Position numbers and translations under genes: made by a program
Shown here: positions 10,689 to 20,668 of the stretch, one piece after another
How the letters are laid out: each line of letters begins with the position of its first letter
Position numbering within the stretch: the stretch's first letter is position 1
Origin: an uncultured Dehalococcoidales bacterium
GTDB taxonomy: Bacteria > Chloroflexota > Dehalococcoidia > GIF9 > AB-539-J10
Assembly (NCBI GenBank): GCA_964514415.1
Contig: CAZEQL010000001.1
Span: 6,510 to 70,509, forward strand
Direction of reading: 5' to 3'
Length of the DNA: 64,000 nt
The notes under the pieces: model-generated
Told to the model about the DNA's origin: nothing
Database searches by the model: none
Seen by the model: the letters and a program-made list of their open reading frames with translations, nothing else

Positions 10689-10925
10689 TATCTAAAGTGG
10701 GGTGCCCCCAATATTAGCACCACTTACAATGAGAGGGTTCCTGCTCTTTCGGTGCCAGAAAACCTGGCTGTTGCCAGTCAGTTTTTACAAGAGTATAATC
10801 AGGCTCACTTGCTTCTTCTCAAATATCCCTGATTAAGTATTGGTATTCCTTTAGTAGTAAAGTGATAACGCTCCTATCATCCACTCACAGCACATAGTGG
10901 GAATAATAAGGAGGGACATGGCTGG

Positions 10926-13031
10926 ATGGGAAATCTCAAAATTGAGCACATAAGGAAAAGAGAAGGTCATATCGTTTCATTCGACCCTGCCAAAATAACC
11001 GAAGCCGTATTTAAGGCCACCAAGGCTGTAGGTGAGGACGACAGAAGCAAAGCGGAACGCATATCCGGTGAGGTGGTTTCTATTCTGGAGATCACGTGTA
11101 GAGATGGCAGGGTGCCCACGGTGGAGGAAGTGCAGGACCTGGTGGAGAAAATGCTCATCGAGAACGGCTATGCCAGGATTGCCAAGGCTTACATCCTTTA
11201 TAGAGACCAGCACGCCAAGCTGAGGGAATCAAGAAGGCTATTAGACGGCGCCAGACGAATGGTTGATGACTATCTGAGCAAGTTGGACTGGAGGGTGAGT
11301 GAAAACAGCAACATGGATTATTCCCTCCAGGGGCTTAATAATTATGTGTCATCTGGCATCGCCTCTCGTTACTGGCTTGGCAACATATACCCACCTGAGA
11401 TAAGGGAGGCTCATATTAAAGGGGACTTCCATATACACGACCTGGGGATTTTGGGAGGCTATTGTTGTGGGTGGGACTTAAAAGATTTATTGGTTCAAGG
11501 TTTCCGAGGAGTTCAGGGGAAGGTGGAGAGCACTCCTCCAAAACACCTCCGTAGTGCCTTAGGACAAATCGTGAATTTCTTCTATACTCTTCAGGGAGAG
11601 GCGGCAGGTGCCCAGGCTTTTTCCAACTTTGATACTCTTCTTGCTCCCTTCATCAGATACGATAGTTTGAACTATAAGGAAGTAAAACAGGCAATGCAGG
11701 AGTTTGTCTTTAGCCTGAACATTCCCACGAGAGTTGGTTTCCAGACGCCTTTTACCAACCTTTCCTTCGACCTCCTCCCTTCTTCCCCCCTGAAAGATGA
11801 AGCAGTTATAATCGGGGGCAAGCCTCTGGAATCCACGTACGCTGAGTTTCAGAAAGAAATGAATATGCTCAACAAGGCATTTTGTGAAATTATGATAGAG
11901 GGCGACGCCAAGGGGCGCATCTTTACTTTTCCCATTCCCACCTACAGCATCACCAGGGACTTTGACTGGCAAGGCGAGGAACAAAAGGCGCTCTGGGAAA
12001 TGACGGCGAAGTATGGCATTCCCTATTTTGCTAATTTCGTCAACTCCGATATGAATCCTGAAGACACCCGAAGCATGTGTTGTAGATTGAGGTTAGATAC
12101 CAGCGAGATTAGAAGGAGGGGCGGCGGACTTTTCGGCTCGAATCCTCTCACTGGAAGCATCGGCGTGGTAACCATTAACATGCCCAGAATTGGTTATCTC
12201 TCTAATAGTGAACAGGATTTCTTTGCCAGGTTAGGCAAACTTATGTCCCTGGCCAAGGAGAGCCTGGAGATTAAGAGAAAGACCATGGAAATGTTTACCG
12301 AGGACGGGCTCTACCCCTATTCCAGATTTTACCTCGCCATGGTAAAGAAAAGATTTGGTAACTACTGGACGAATCATTTCTCCACCATTGGCCTCATCGG
12401 GATGAATGAAGCCTGCTTGAATTTCATGGGAAAAGATATATCAACGGAAGAAGGAAAGGAGCTGGCTGTAAAGGTGCTCGCCTTTATGAGAGAAACACTG
12501 GCGCGATTTCAAGAAGAGACGGGAGGGCTTTACAACCTGGAAGCCACGCCTGGCGAGGGCGCCTGTTACCGACTGGCGAGACTTGACAGGGAAAACTTTC
12601 CCAACATTATTACCGCAGGAGAGAAACAGCCATACTACACTAATTCGACCCACCTACCCGTAAAATATAATGGCGACCTTTTCCAGGCTTTAACTCACCA
12701 GGATGGACTCCAGGCTCTATATACCGGGGGCACAGTGTTTCATTGCTTTCTGGGTGAGAGAGTAGATGACCCCGAGGCTTGCAAGCTGCTGGTGAGGCGA
12801 ATTGTGGAGAATTTTCATCTCCCCTACTTCACCCTGACACCCACCTTCTCCATCTGCCCCACGCATGGCTACATCGCCGGTGAGCATCTCCGGTGTTCAC
12901 AGTGTGGGAAAGAGACAGAGATTTACTCTCGTATCGTGGGATATTTCAGACCCGTTCAGCAGTGGAACGAGGGCAAACAGGAAGAGTTCAGGGAGCGGAA
13001 GGAGTACAAACTTAAGGCTACTTTGTTTTAA
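10926..13031 (+). CDS. nrdD: anaerobic ribonucleoside-triphosphate reductase (class III)
   Basis: 701 aa, N-terminal ATP-cone-like region, C-terminal Zn ribbon CPTHG...CSQCG and glycyl-radical-like RIVGYFRP. Followed by the activase gene. Confidence 0.9.
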   Translation: MGNLKIEHIRKREGHIVSFDPAKITEAVFKATKAVGEDDRSKAERISGEVVSILEITCRDGRVPTVEEVQDLVEKMLIENGYARIAKAYILYRDQHAKLRESRRLLDGARRMVDDYLSKLDWRVSENSNMDYSLQGLNNYVSSGIASRYWLGNIYPPEIREAHIKGDFHIHDLGILGGYCCGWDLKDLLVQGFRGVQGKVESTPPKHLRSALGQIVNFFYTLQGEAAGAQAFSNFDTLLAPFIRYDSLNYKEVKQAMQEFVFSLNIPTRVGFQTPFTNLSFDLLPSSPLKDEAVIIGGKPLESTYAEFQKEMNMLNKAFCEIMIEGDAKGRIFTFPIPTYSITRDFDWQGEEQKALWEMTAKYGIPYFANFVNSDMNPEDTRSMCCRLRLDTSEIRRRGGGLFGSNPLTGSIGVVTINMPRIGYLSNSEQDFFARLGKLMSLAKESLEIKRKTMEMFTEDGLYPYSRFYLAMVKKRFGNYWTNHFSTIGLIGMNEACLNFMGKDISTEEGKELAVKVLAFMRETLARFQEETGGLYNLEATPGEGACYRLARLDRENFPNIITAGEKQPYYTNSTHLPVKYNGDLFQALTHQDGLQALYTGGTVFHCFLGERVDDPEACKLLVRRIVENFHLPYFTLTPTFSICPTHGYIAGEHLRCSQCGKETEIYSRIVGYFRPVQQWNEGKQEEFRERKEYKLKATLF

Positions 13032-13048
13032 GGAACCGCTTCTAGAAG

Positions 13049-13750
13049 ATGAGAATCTGTGGTATGCAGGGAATATCCCTGATTGATTTTCCTGGAAGGA
13101 TAGCGTCCATCCTGTTTGTGGGTGGGTGTAATTTCCGATGCCCCTATTGTCAAAACGGAAGTCTCGTGGAAGGGTATGAGCGCCTGCCTTCTATAGATGC
13201 AGATTCGGTACTAGCTTTTCTTAAGAGAAGAGAAGGCTTTATTGATGGCGTGGTGATTACGGGCGGCGAGCCGTTGCTGAATGGCAGCAATCTGGTAGAG
13301 TTTTTGGGGAAGGTGAGAAACACGGGATTATCTATAAAGCTGGATACCAATGGCTACAGCACGGATGTATTGAGAGAGATTTTAAAGAGCAAAGTTGTAG
13401 ATTATGTTGCCATGGATATAAAAACATCGCTTGAAAAATACCACATAGCTTCAGGAAGAAAAATAAATGCCAACAAGATACTGGATAGCATACGAGCCAT
13501 CATGGAGGCGTCCATCGAATATGAGTTCAGGACGACCTGTGTGCCGGGGCTGGTTGGGAGAGAGGATATAGAAGATATCACCTCATTGATTAAAGGAGCA
13601 AAACGGTATTACCTGCAGCAATTCAGGGCTGATAATCCCACACTGGACCCTTCCTACATGAGGATAGTTCCCTACCCCAAGGAAAAGCTGGAGGAGTTTC
13701 TAAACGTTGCGCAAGAGCATGTTACATCAGTTGGCATTCGGGGAATATGA
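13049..13750 (+). CDS. nrdG: anaerobic ribonucleotide reductase activating protein (radical SAM)
   Basis: 233 aa with CNFRCPYCQN (CxxxCxxC) near the N-terminus, immediately downstream of nrdD. Confidence 0.85.
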   Translation: MRICGMQGISLIDFPGRIASILFVGGCNFRCPYCQNGSLVEGYERLPSIDADSVLAFLKRREGFIDGVVITGGEPLLNGSNLVEFLGKVRNTGLSIKLDTNGYSTDVLREILKSKVVDYVAMDIKTSLEKYHIASGRKINANKILDSIRAIMEASIEYEFRTTCVPGLVGREDIEDITSLIKGAKRYYLQQFRADNPTLDPSYMRIVPYPKEKLEEFLNVAQEHVTSVGIRGI

Positions 13751-13843
13751 GCAAATGCAAGAGACTATTTAGCAATCTCTACACTGACGCTTTTGTGAGT
13801 GGGAGTGTTCTTACCCAGTGTCTCATCCTTAAAACATGAAGAT

Positions 13844-13872
13844 TTGACATCCCAAATGCAGTTAATTATAAT
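13844..13872 (+). promoter_or_regulatory. consensus sigma70-type promoter: TTGACA (13844-13849), 17-nt spacer, TATAAT (13867-13872)
   Basis: Perfect -35/-10 hexamers about 120 nt upstream of the 13994 start, in an AT-rich region containing the palindrome CGCATATGCG. Confidence 0.5.
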
Positions 13873-13993
13873 GTTAATCAACTTTACTTGTGTATATGAA
13901 TATTAATTTGTATAAATAAAGATTACGCATATGCGTTTCGGCAAGAAAATCCGCTCATTAAGTGTAAATTAAGCTATTAACAAGGAGGTAGAA

Positions 13994-15205
13994 ATGAGCA
14001 GCATTAAAAAGAAACTCGGTGTTCTGGGTGGTTTGTTGTTGGTTTTGGCACTTATCTCGGCTATGATATTACCCACATCAGTGCTGGGACAGACAACCTA
14101 TCCTTTGCATCCAACTGACGCTAAGATAGCTAATGCTCTGGGTTATCTGCATGGCCAGCAGACCGCAGAGGGCGACATCGGTGGATTTGGACCCTCAGCC
14201 TGGGTAACCATGGCAATAGCTGCCGCGGGGGAAGATCCTCACGAATGGAAGGTGGGAGATAATCCTTCCATCGTCGATTATCTAGCTACTAATGCGGGTG
14301 GTGCCACTTCGGCTACTGATTACGCCAGAATGATCCTGGCTATAGTGGCCGCTCGTGAAAACCCTACAAACTTTGGCGGCATAGATTTTATGGCTCAATT
14401 AGAAGCAACCTATGATGGTATACAAATTGGCGATCCAACGCTAGTCAATGATGATTTTTGGGGAGTTATAGCCCTTATTGCTGCCGGGAAGGAGCCAAGT
14501 TCGGAGATTATCCAACACAGCGCGACGTTCATTAAAAACTGCCAGCAACCTGATGGCGGTTGGGGTTTCGATGTCGCGGCTTCATGGGGAACAGACATTG
14601 ACGATACTGCTGCGTCTGTTATAGCTTTGGTTGTTGCTGGAGAGGGTCCTGCTTCAACCGCAGTGACGAATGCTCTGGCTTATATCAAATTGAAGCAGAT
14701 GGATAACGGAGGCTTTGAATCCTGGGGTGGTGCAACCAACGCGGATACAGATTCCTGTGCCATTAATGCTATAGTGGCTGCGGGCCAAGACCCAACAAGT
14801 GCAGATTGGACCAAAAATGGCAATACTCCTATTGATGATGTGGTAAGCTTCCAGCAGGGCAATGGACAGTTTAACTGGCAGACTGGTGATCCTGGAGCTT
14901 GGCCATGCCAGACCACTGCTGCTGCCGTACAGGCACTTTTAGGCAAACCATATTTCACCACTGTAACCACAGGCTTAGTCTCCCTTGGAGACAACTTAGT
15001 TATAGCCTGGGGCTATAGGGAAGGCGAGGGTACTGGTGGATGGACAGTTTATGGTCCTTCCTTACCACCTGGAAGCAACACCCTCACACTGCTACACAGA
15101 GGCCGGGGCTACTGGATAAACGTGAGAGAAGAGTGCACCTTAGTTTATGGCAATAACACTTATTACCTGGATGAAGGTTGGACTCTTATTGGCTGGCTTG
15201 ACTAA
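13994..15205 (+). CDS. secreted alpha/alpha-toroid (prenyltransferase / squalene-oxidase-repeat-like) protein
   Basis: Signal peptide followed by at least four repeats of [IV]xxxQQxDGG[WF]...TAxA[IV]xAL (QQTAEGDIGGF, CQQPDGGWGF, KQMDNGGFESW, FQQGNGQFNW), typical of PF00432/PF13243-type toroid repeats. Confidence 0.6.
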   Translation: MSSIKKKLGVLGGLLLVLALISAMILPTSVLGQTTYPLHPTDAKIANALGYLHGQQTAEGDIGGFGPSAWVTMAIAAAGEDPHEWKVGDNPSIVDYLATNAGGATSATDYARMILAIVAARENPTNFGGIDFMAQLEATYDGIQIGDPTLVNDDFWGVIALIAAGKEPSSEIIQHSATFIKNCQQPDGGWGFDVAASWGTDIDDTAASVIALVVAGEGPASTAVTNALAYIKLKQMDNGGFESWGGATNADTDSCAINAIVAAGQDPTSADWTKNGNTPIDDVVSFQQGNGQFNWQTGDPGAWPCQTTAAAVQALLGKPYFTTVTTGLVSLGDNLVIAWGYREGEGTGGWTVYGPSLPPGSNTLTLLHRGRGYWINVREECTLVYGNNTYYLDEGWTLIGWLD

Positions 15206-15290
15206 CTTAGGTGATAGCAAAGCATAAAACTCTAGCACGCCTGATTCAGCAATTCTACACGGCAGGCAGCTTTTATAAGGCTAGATATGG

Positions 15291-17048
15291 ATGAGGCAAG
15301 GTAAATTACCGAAGATATTCGTATTATCGCTTACCGTTACCTTCTTACTTGCCATTATCTTAAGTGGTAGTTACCACCAGCAAACGGCTGCCTCTGCCGC
15401 GCAGGCGCTTTTAAGCAAATTACCATATCCAGCAACGGTTCTCGGAGCACAGGAAGAGGCATCTGTCTATGTAAGAATCGAGGGGCAGGATGAAACCATC
15501 TGGAGGGGAAGCGTAACTGTCTCTGAATCCGCTATTATTGCTGATAACAGCAACAAAACCTATCATCTGTCAGACCCCACCGTGTTGGGCGCTCTAGATG
15601 AGGCTTCCCAGACTGGGGATTTCCCATATTACGTGACTGATACCTATGGGGCGTTGTTCGTAAGCTCTATAGGTGAGGAGGAGAATAAGGGGACGGGGAC
15701 GCGTGCGTGTGGTTGGCAGTACCGCGTAAATTACTATTGCCCCAGCGTCGCTGCTGGCAGATTTATTCTGGGTGAAACAACACCCCCAGAACCCCCACAC
15801 CAAGAAGTGCTGTGGTACTATGGGTCCGGTGGCGACGCACCCCTAAAAATATCGTTCAGCGATACCCGGATAGGTGCAGGTGAGGAATTCACCGCCCGGG
15901 TAGCTCTGTATGATGATGGCAGTCATGATTGGTCACCCTGTGCAGACGCCACGGTTCGTATCAATCATCATAATTACACAACTGGCGCTGATGGGACAGC
16001 GGACATCAGCATAGCTAACGAAGGAAGCTATGCTGTCTTTGCTGAAAAAGATGGGTGTATACGCAGTGATAAGATAGCAGTAACGGTTGTGGCATCCGAA
16101 CCTAGGCATCGTAGCCTGACGGTGGATATAAGTCCCGAAAGCGGTGGAGCGGTTGATTTAAGTCCCAATCAGCCCGCTGAGAGTTATTCCGAAGACAGCG
16201 AAGTTGAGCTAAATGCTATACCAGCTAATGGTTATGCTTTTGGCAGTTGGAGTGGTAGTCTGAGCGGCAGCATCAATCCCACCACTGTAATTATGAGCAG
16301 GAATAAAAAGGTTACCGCTAACTTTGTGCTGTTTGATACTGGTAACCTGACTAATATGGGACTAGTGAAGGCAGGCACTGAGGTGACGTCAATTTCTGTG
16401 GATAGCTGCCCTGCCGAGAACCTGGGCGATGTTCCCCCTGACCTGGATATCCAATCAGCCTATGTTGTAGACTCAGAGGGAAGTGGAAGTTTCACCCTAA
16501 AATTCACTGATGTCTCTAATGCTGAGCACGTAAAATTTTATAAGATTGTTGATGCTAGCTGGACAGAGCTTGAGAATGTGACAACCTCTGGCAGCACTGC
16601 CGAACTTGATATGGAAATTGGTAACTCAATCATTGCACTTATGCTGCCTGCATCAGAGAAGCCAGCTAGTTTTTCAGCCTCCAATCTTAATATCTCGCCA
16701 GAGCAAGTCCAGCCTAACCAGCAGGTGAACATCTCCATCGACATAGCCAATAATGGTGGGAAAACTGGAAGCTACGAAGCTGTTCTTTATATCAACAACC
16801 GGATTGAAGACAGCCAGACGGTGAGCATTTCTCCAGGCTCAACTCAGACTGTGGTATTTGGCATAACCAGGGCAACTCCAGATACTTATGCTGTTTCAAT
16901 GGCAGAAGGTCAAGGGCAATTTACCGTGGCTGGCAGCCAAGCTTCCAGTGGTGGACTAGACACTGTGAGCAAAATAGCTATTGTGGTTATTATAGCGCTT
17001 GTCGCAGGTTTGGCTTTCCTATTTCGTAAAATTAGGCAGAAGGCATAA
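15291..17048 (+). CDS. cell-surface protein: N-terminal DUF4430-like domain + InlB-B-repeat-like domain + CARDB-like domain + C-terminal TM anchor
   Basis: Signal peptide. A W.Y.VN...A....L motif resembles DUF4430. The Y.FGSWSG...VTANF block resembles an InlB B-repeat. The C-terminal ~120 aa are homologous to the C-termini of the 24491 and 26656 proteins. Confidence 0.55.
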   Translation: MRQGKLPKIFVLSLTVTFLLAIILSGSYHQQTAASAAQALLSKLPYPATVLGAQEEASVYVRIEGQDETIWRGSVTVSESAIIADNSNKTYHLSDPTVLGALDEASQTGDFPYYVTDTYGALFVSSIGEEENKGTGTRACGWQYRVNYYCPSVAAGRFILGETTPPEPPHQEVLWYYGSGGDAPLKISFSDTRIGAGEEFTARVALYDDGSHDWSPCADATVRINHHNYTTGADGTADISIANEGSYAVFAEKDGCIRSDKIAVTVVASEPRHRSLTVDISPESGGAVDLSPNQPAESYSEDSEVELNAIPANGYAFGSWSGSLSGSINPTTVIMSRNKKVTANFVLFDTGNLTNMGLVKAGTEVTSISVDSCPAENLGDVPPDLDIQSAYVVDSEGSGSFTLKFTDVSNAEHVKFYKIVDASWTELENVTTSGSTAELDMEIGNSIIALMLPASEKPASFSASNLNISPEQVQPNQQVNISIDIANNGGKTGSYEAVLYINNRIEDSQTVSISPGSTQTVVFGITRATPDTYAVSMAEGQGQFTVAGSQASSGGLDTVSKIAIVVIIALVAGLAFLFRKIRQKA

Positions 17049-17083
17049 TCAGATATAGATAAGAGCTTCCTTCTAGAGGGTGA

Positions 17084-18046
17084 ATGTGGATGAAGCAAGG
17101 TAACTTGCCAAAGATAATTGCACTAGCGCTTGCTTTTTCTTGTCTATTCGTCATCGTCGTATCTGGCTGTCAATCACAGCCCTCGGGTGAGATTGCAGTC
17201 AGGGTGATAGTCAGCCAGAACTTTGGCAGTGAATTGATGCTGGATAAGTCAGTGATAATAAACGATGGCGCTGCCGCTCTGGATGCTATGGAAAAGGTAG
17301 CCACAGTGGAAACGAAGTATGGGGGTGGGTTTGTTGAGGCTATAAACGGGATTCGCTCTCAGTATTCTGGAAGTAAAGTTAAGAAGGACTGGTTTTTCTA
17401 CGTTAATGGCATGTCAGCTAGAGTTGGAGCACTGAGCTATAAGCTCCGTGATGGTGACGTAGAGCATTGGGATTTCCATGATTGGAGTCTTTATGCCTTC
17501 GTTCCTGCCATAATTGGTGATTTCCCCCAGCCATTTTTAGGTGGCTATCAAGGGAAGGTTCCGCCAACCGTAGTAGTGTATGATGAAGGCTTCCAAGATG
17601 CTGCTCAGAATCTAATGAGTAAGCTAAAAGAGCTGGAAGTTGAAAATGTGAGCGTCCAAGCTGCCACTGAACTACCCTCTCAAGATAAGGAACACTCCAA
17701 CTTAATACTTTTGGGCACCAAGGGTTTTGAACCCATATCAGAGCTGAACGAGATTTATAAAAAGCTTGGTTTTTTCATTTACTTTGCCGAAGATAAGGTC
17801 ATAGGATTCGATTTGCAGGGAAATCAAGCGCAATATGGACCAGCCTGTGGGTTGATTCAGGCTACCCAGAATCCCTGGAACCCTAAGGGCACCGGAGCTT
17901 GTGAAAATGTAATCTGGGTGGTGTCGGGGATGAACAATGCTGCAGTTGAGGATGCCGCGGATGCCCTAATTAATCATTATGAAAAATTTCGTTATGCCTG
18001 CGCCGCTGTGATAATTGACGGAGAAGTTATCAAGGTGCCTCAATGA
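17084..18046 (+). CDS. DUF4430 domain lipoprotein
   Basis: Signal peptide with lipobox VVSGC. Hallmark DWFFYVNGMSARVGALSYKLRDGDVEHWDF (WxYxVNG...GA..Y.L.DGD...W). The paralogous start MKQGNLPKII suggests the ATG at 17090 may be the true start. Confidence 0.65.
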   Translation: MWMKQGNLPKIIALALAFSCLFVIVVSGCQSQPSGEIAVRVIVSQNFGSELMLDKSVIINDGAAALDAMEKVATVETKYGGGFVEAINGIRSQYSGSKVKKDWFFYVNGMSARVGALSYKLRDGDVEHWDFHDWSLYAFVPAIIGDFPQPFLGGYQGKVPPTVVVYDEGFQDAAQNLMSKLKELEVENVSVQAATELPSQDKEHSNLILLGTKGFEPISELNEIYKKLGFFIYFAEDKVIGFDLQGNQAQYGPACGLIQATQNPWNPKGTGACENVIWVVSGMNNAAVEDAADALINHYEKFRYACAAVIIDGEVIKVPQ

Positions 18047-18969
18047 TAAGCTATAACTATAGAGATAAAGGTACGGCTATTTATAGGCTAAATCCCTGGA
18101 GCAAGCTAGCTTGGATTGCTAGTGTTTTTGTTCTTGCCTTGCTGTTTAATAACCCTTTCTATCTCCTTTTATTATTTCTGTCAACGCTGCCTCTAATTTT
18201 AGCAGCCAAAGTATGGAGAGAATGGACTTCCTTAATAAAATTCATTGTTTTCCTTTGTGGGTTAATAATAGTCATAAATACCCTGGTGAGCAATCAAGGT
18301 TCGCATGTTCTATATCAAGCACCTTTCGCCATCCCCATAATGGGTGTTCCTACTATAACCTTGGAAGCCATACTTTGTGGTGTAGGGAATAGCATACGGC
18401 TGCTAGCCATAATTTCTGCTTTCACTATCCTTATGTTTACTATCCACCCCGATGACTTAATGCTAGCTATGACAAAAGTGAAGTTGCCTTATAAATCGGT
18501 CCTGGTCACTTCCTTATCCGCCAAATTTGTCCCCACACTAATCGATGATGCACAATGTATCACTGACGTTCAGAGGTCCAGAGGCCTGGAGTTTGAGAAG
18601 GGAGGGCGAATTCAAAGGGCTAAGAATCATATGACTATTGCTATTCCGCTGCTATCCAATTCCTTGGATCGAGCAGTCCAGGTTGCTGAAGCTATGGAAT
18701 CAAGAGCTTTTGGCTCCAGCCAAAACAGGACTTTCTACAAAGAACTGAAGATAACTCGATTCGATGCTATCACTATTGCCTGTGCTCTACTCCCCTGCGC
18801 GGTTGGCATTGTTATGCGTTGCCTGGGGCAAGGAGGGTATGAATATTATCCTGTTTTGCAAGAAGTTAGTTTCACACAACTGGAGACAATTATGCTAATC
18901 AGCTTGATATTCTTGTTAAACATGTTATCTATTTTAGCTCCCTTAAAAAGGAGAATCGACCTTGATTAA
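18043..18969 (+). CDS. ECF transporter transmembrane (T) component, EcfT/CbiQ-like
   Basis: 308 aa, polytopic. Arg-containing coupling-helix motifs QRSRGLEFEKGG and AMESRAFG. Start overlaps the upstream stop. Confidence 0.8.
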   Translation: MISYNYRDKGTAIYRLNPWSKLAWIASVFVLALLFNNPFYLLLLFLSTLPLILAAKVWREWTSLIKFIVFLCGLIIVINTLVSNQGSHVLYQAPFAIPIMGVPTITLEAILCGVGNSIRLLAIISAFTILMFTIHPDDLMLAMTKVKLPYKSVLVTSLSAKFVPTLIDDAQCITDVQRSRGLEFEKGGRIQRAKNHMTIAIPLLSNSLDRAVQVAEAMESRAFGSSQNRTFYKELKITRFDAITIACALLPCAVGIVMRCLGQGGYEYYPVLQEVSFTQLETIMLISLIFLLNMLSILAPLKRRIDLD

Positions 18970-20668
18970 GATAAATAACTTGACTTTTCACTATAGCGAT
19001 ACCGCTAAGCCGGCTCTGCGAAACATAAGTCTTGAGATTCAGGATGGCGAGTTTGTGCTAATTACTGGCCCCTCTGGGGGAGGGAAGTCAAGTCTATGTC
19101 GCTGTCTGAATGGGTTGATACCGCATTTTTATGGAGGTGAGATAAGTGGCAAGGTGGAGGTGGAGAGCCTTGATGTAATGGAGCATCCCACTATGGAGTT
19201 AGCTACCAAGGTGGGAATGGTATTTCAAGACCCAGAGAATCAACTGGTGTCAACGGATGTAGATAGGGAGATCGCTTTTGGCTTGGAAAATCTTGGCTTT
19301 CCCCGGGAACTAATGGCTAAAAGAGTAGAAGAAGCATTGGATACAGTGGGTATTGCTGGATTGCGCCATCGAACTATAACTGAGCTCTCTGGCGGAGAAA
19401 AACAGCGGGTGGCTATAGCCTCAGTCATAGCGTTGTATCCTAATATCTTGGTGCTAGATGAGCCTACCTCCGAATTAGACCCTAAAGGCGCTGAAGAGGT
19501 GCTTAATGTGGTAGAGCGACTGAACGATGAGTTAGGCATTACGGTGATACTGGTAGAACACAGGTTAGACAGGGTGGTGCAACATGTTGATAGAATACTT
19601 GTGTTGGATGATGGCATGATTATGGCTGATGGGGTTCCGCGATCAATTCTCAGCGATAGTAGGGTTGCGTTAAGTGGTGTCGGCATGCCTCCAGTAATCA
19701 AACTTACCCAGGGGCTTAAACAAAGAGGCATCAGAATTGATAACACTCCTCTAACAGTTAAAGAAGGCAGGACAGCTTTAGCCAAAACCCTTCAACCCCA
19801 CACCTTTCTGACCCTGAACGAAGTGAAGAGGAAAAATCTGTCTCCTCAGCCCATTAATAATACTAAAAGGGATTACTCTCAGCCGCTAATTGACGTGAAG
19901 GGACTATGGCACGCTTACCCCAACGATTTTGTTGCTCTGAAAAACATAAGTGTGAAAGTATGTGAAGGGGAATTTATAGCTGTTATGGGCAGGAATGCCT
20001 CTGGAAAGACAACCTTGGTCAAGCACTTTAACGGGCTGTTAAAGCCAACAAAGGGCAGCGTGCTGGTGAATGGCATTGATACTAGAGAAACAACTATAGC
20101 TGAGCTAGCTAAGAAAGTAGGCTATGTTTTTCAGAATCCTAATGAGCATCTATTCGCCGATACTGTTGAAGAGGAGATTGCCTTTACTCTAAGGAATTTG
20201 GGGTTTTCAAACAAGGAAATGGGTCTGATGATTGACCAGGTGCTGGAGAGATTTAAACTTACACAATACCGGCATCGATACCCACGGTCTTTAAGCGGCG
20301 GAGAAAAACAAAGGGTAGCTCTGGCTTCCATTCTTGTAGCTCGGCCTAAGATAATCATTTTGGATGAGCCTACCAGGGGAATGGAGTATAAGTTGAAGGT
20401 TGAGTTGTTGAGCTTTTTAGATGAGTACAGAAAAGAAGGCAAGGCGGTGATTTTGGTTACTCAAGATGTGGAGACAGTAGCTGAGTATGGCGACAGAGTG
20501 ATATTACTCAGCGAGGGGGGAGTTGTGGTAGATGGGAATAAGCGAGAGGTGTTATCGCAAGCATTGCTATTCTCTCCCCAGATAAATCGCCTGGCTCAAT
20601 CGCTCAAAAGCTATGGTATCCCCGGCGATGTGTTAACTGCTAATGAAGCGTTAGGGATAATGGCATGA
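18962..20668 (+). CDS. ECF transporter fused duplicated ATPase (EcfA-EcfA')
   Basis: 568 aa with two complete ABC cassettes (GPSGGGKSS / LSGGEKQRV / VLDEP and GRNASGKTT / LSGGEKQRV / ILDEP). TTG start with a GGAG RBS. Confidence 0.85.
   Translation: MIKINNLTFHYSDTAKPALRNISLEIQDGEFVLITGPSGGGKSSLCRCLNGLIPHFYGGEISGKVEVESLDVMEHPTMELATKVGMVFQDPENQLVSTDVDREIAFGLENLGFPRELMAKRVEEALDTVGIAGLRHRTITELSGGEKQRVAIASVIALYPNILVLDEPTSELDPKGAEEVLNVVERLNDELGITVILVEHRLDRVVQHVDRILVLDDGMIMADGVPRSILSDSRVALSGVGMPPVIKLTQGLKQRGIRIDNTPLTVKEGRTALAKTLQPHTFLTLNEVKRKNLSPQPINNTKRDYSQPLIDVKGLWHAYPNDFVALKNISVKVCEGEFIAVMGRNASGKTTLVKHFNGLLKPTKGSVLVNGIDTRETTIAELAKKVGYVFQNPNEHLFADTVEEEIAFTLRNLGFSNKEMGLMIDQVLERFKLTQYRHRYPRSLSGGEKQRVALASILVARPKIIILDEPTRGMEYKLKVELLSFLDEYRKEGKAVILVTQDVETVAEYGDRVILLSEGGVVVDGNKREVLSQALLFSPQINRLAQSLKSYGIPGDVLTANEALGIMA

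Noticed and set aside
10690-10925. NrdR box or cobalamin riboswitch in the 236-nt nrdD leader (inverted repeat CCACTCACAGCACATAGTGG noted).
   Set aside because: The spacing does not fit the 16-bp NrdR palindrome (CAC-N8-GTG), and no B12-box (GCCACTG-like) or conserved riboswitch core is visible. It cannot be supported without a covariance-model search.
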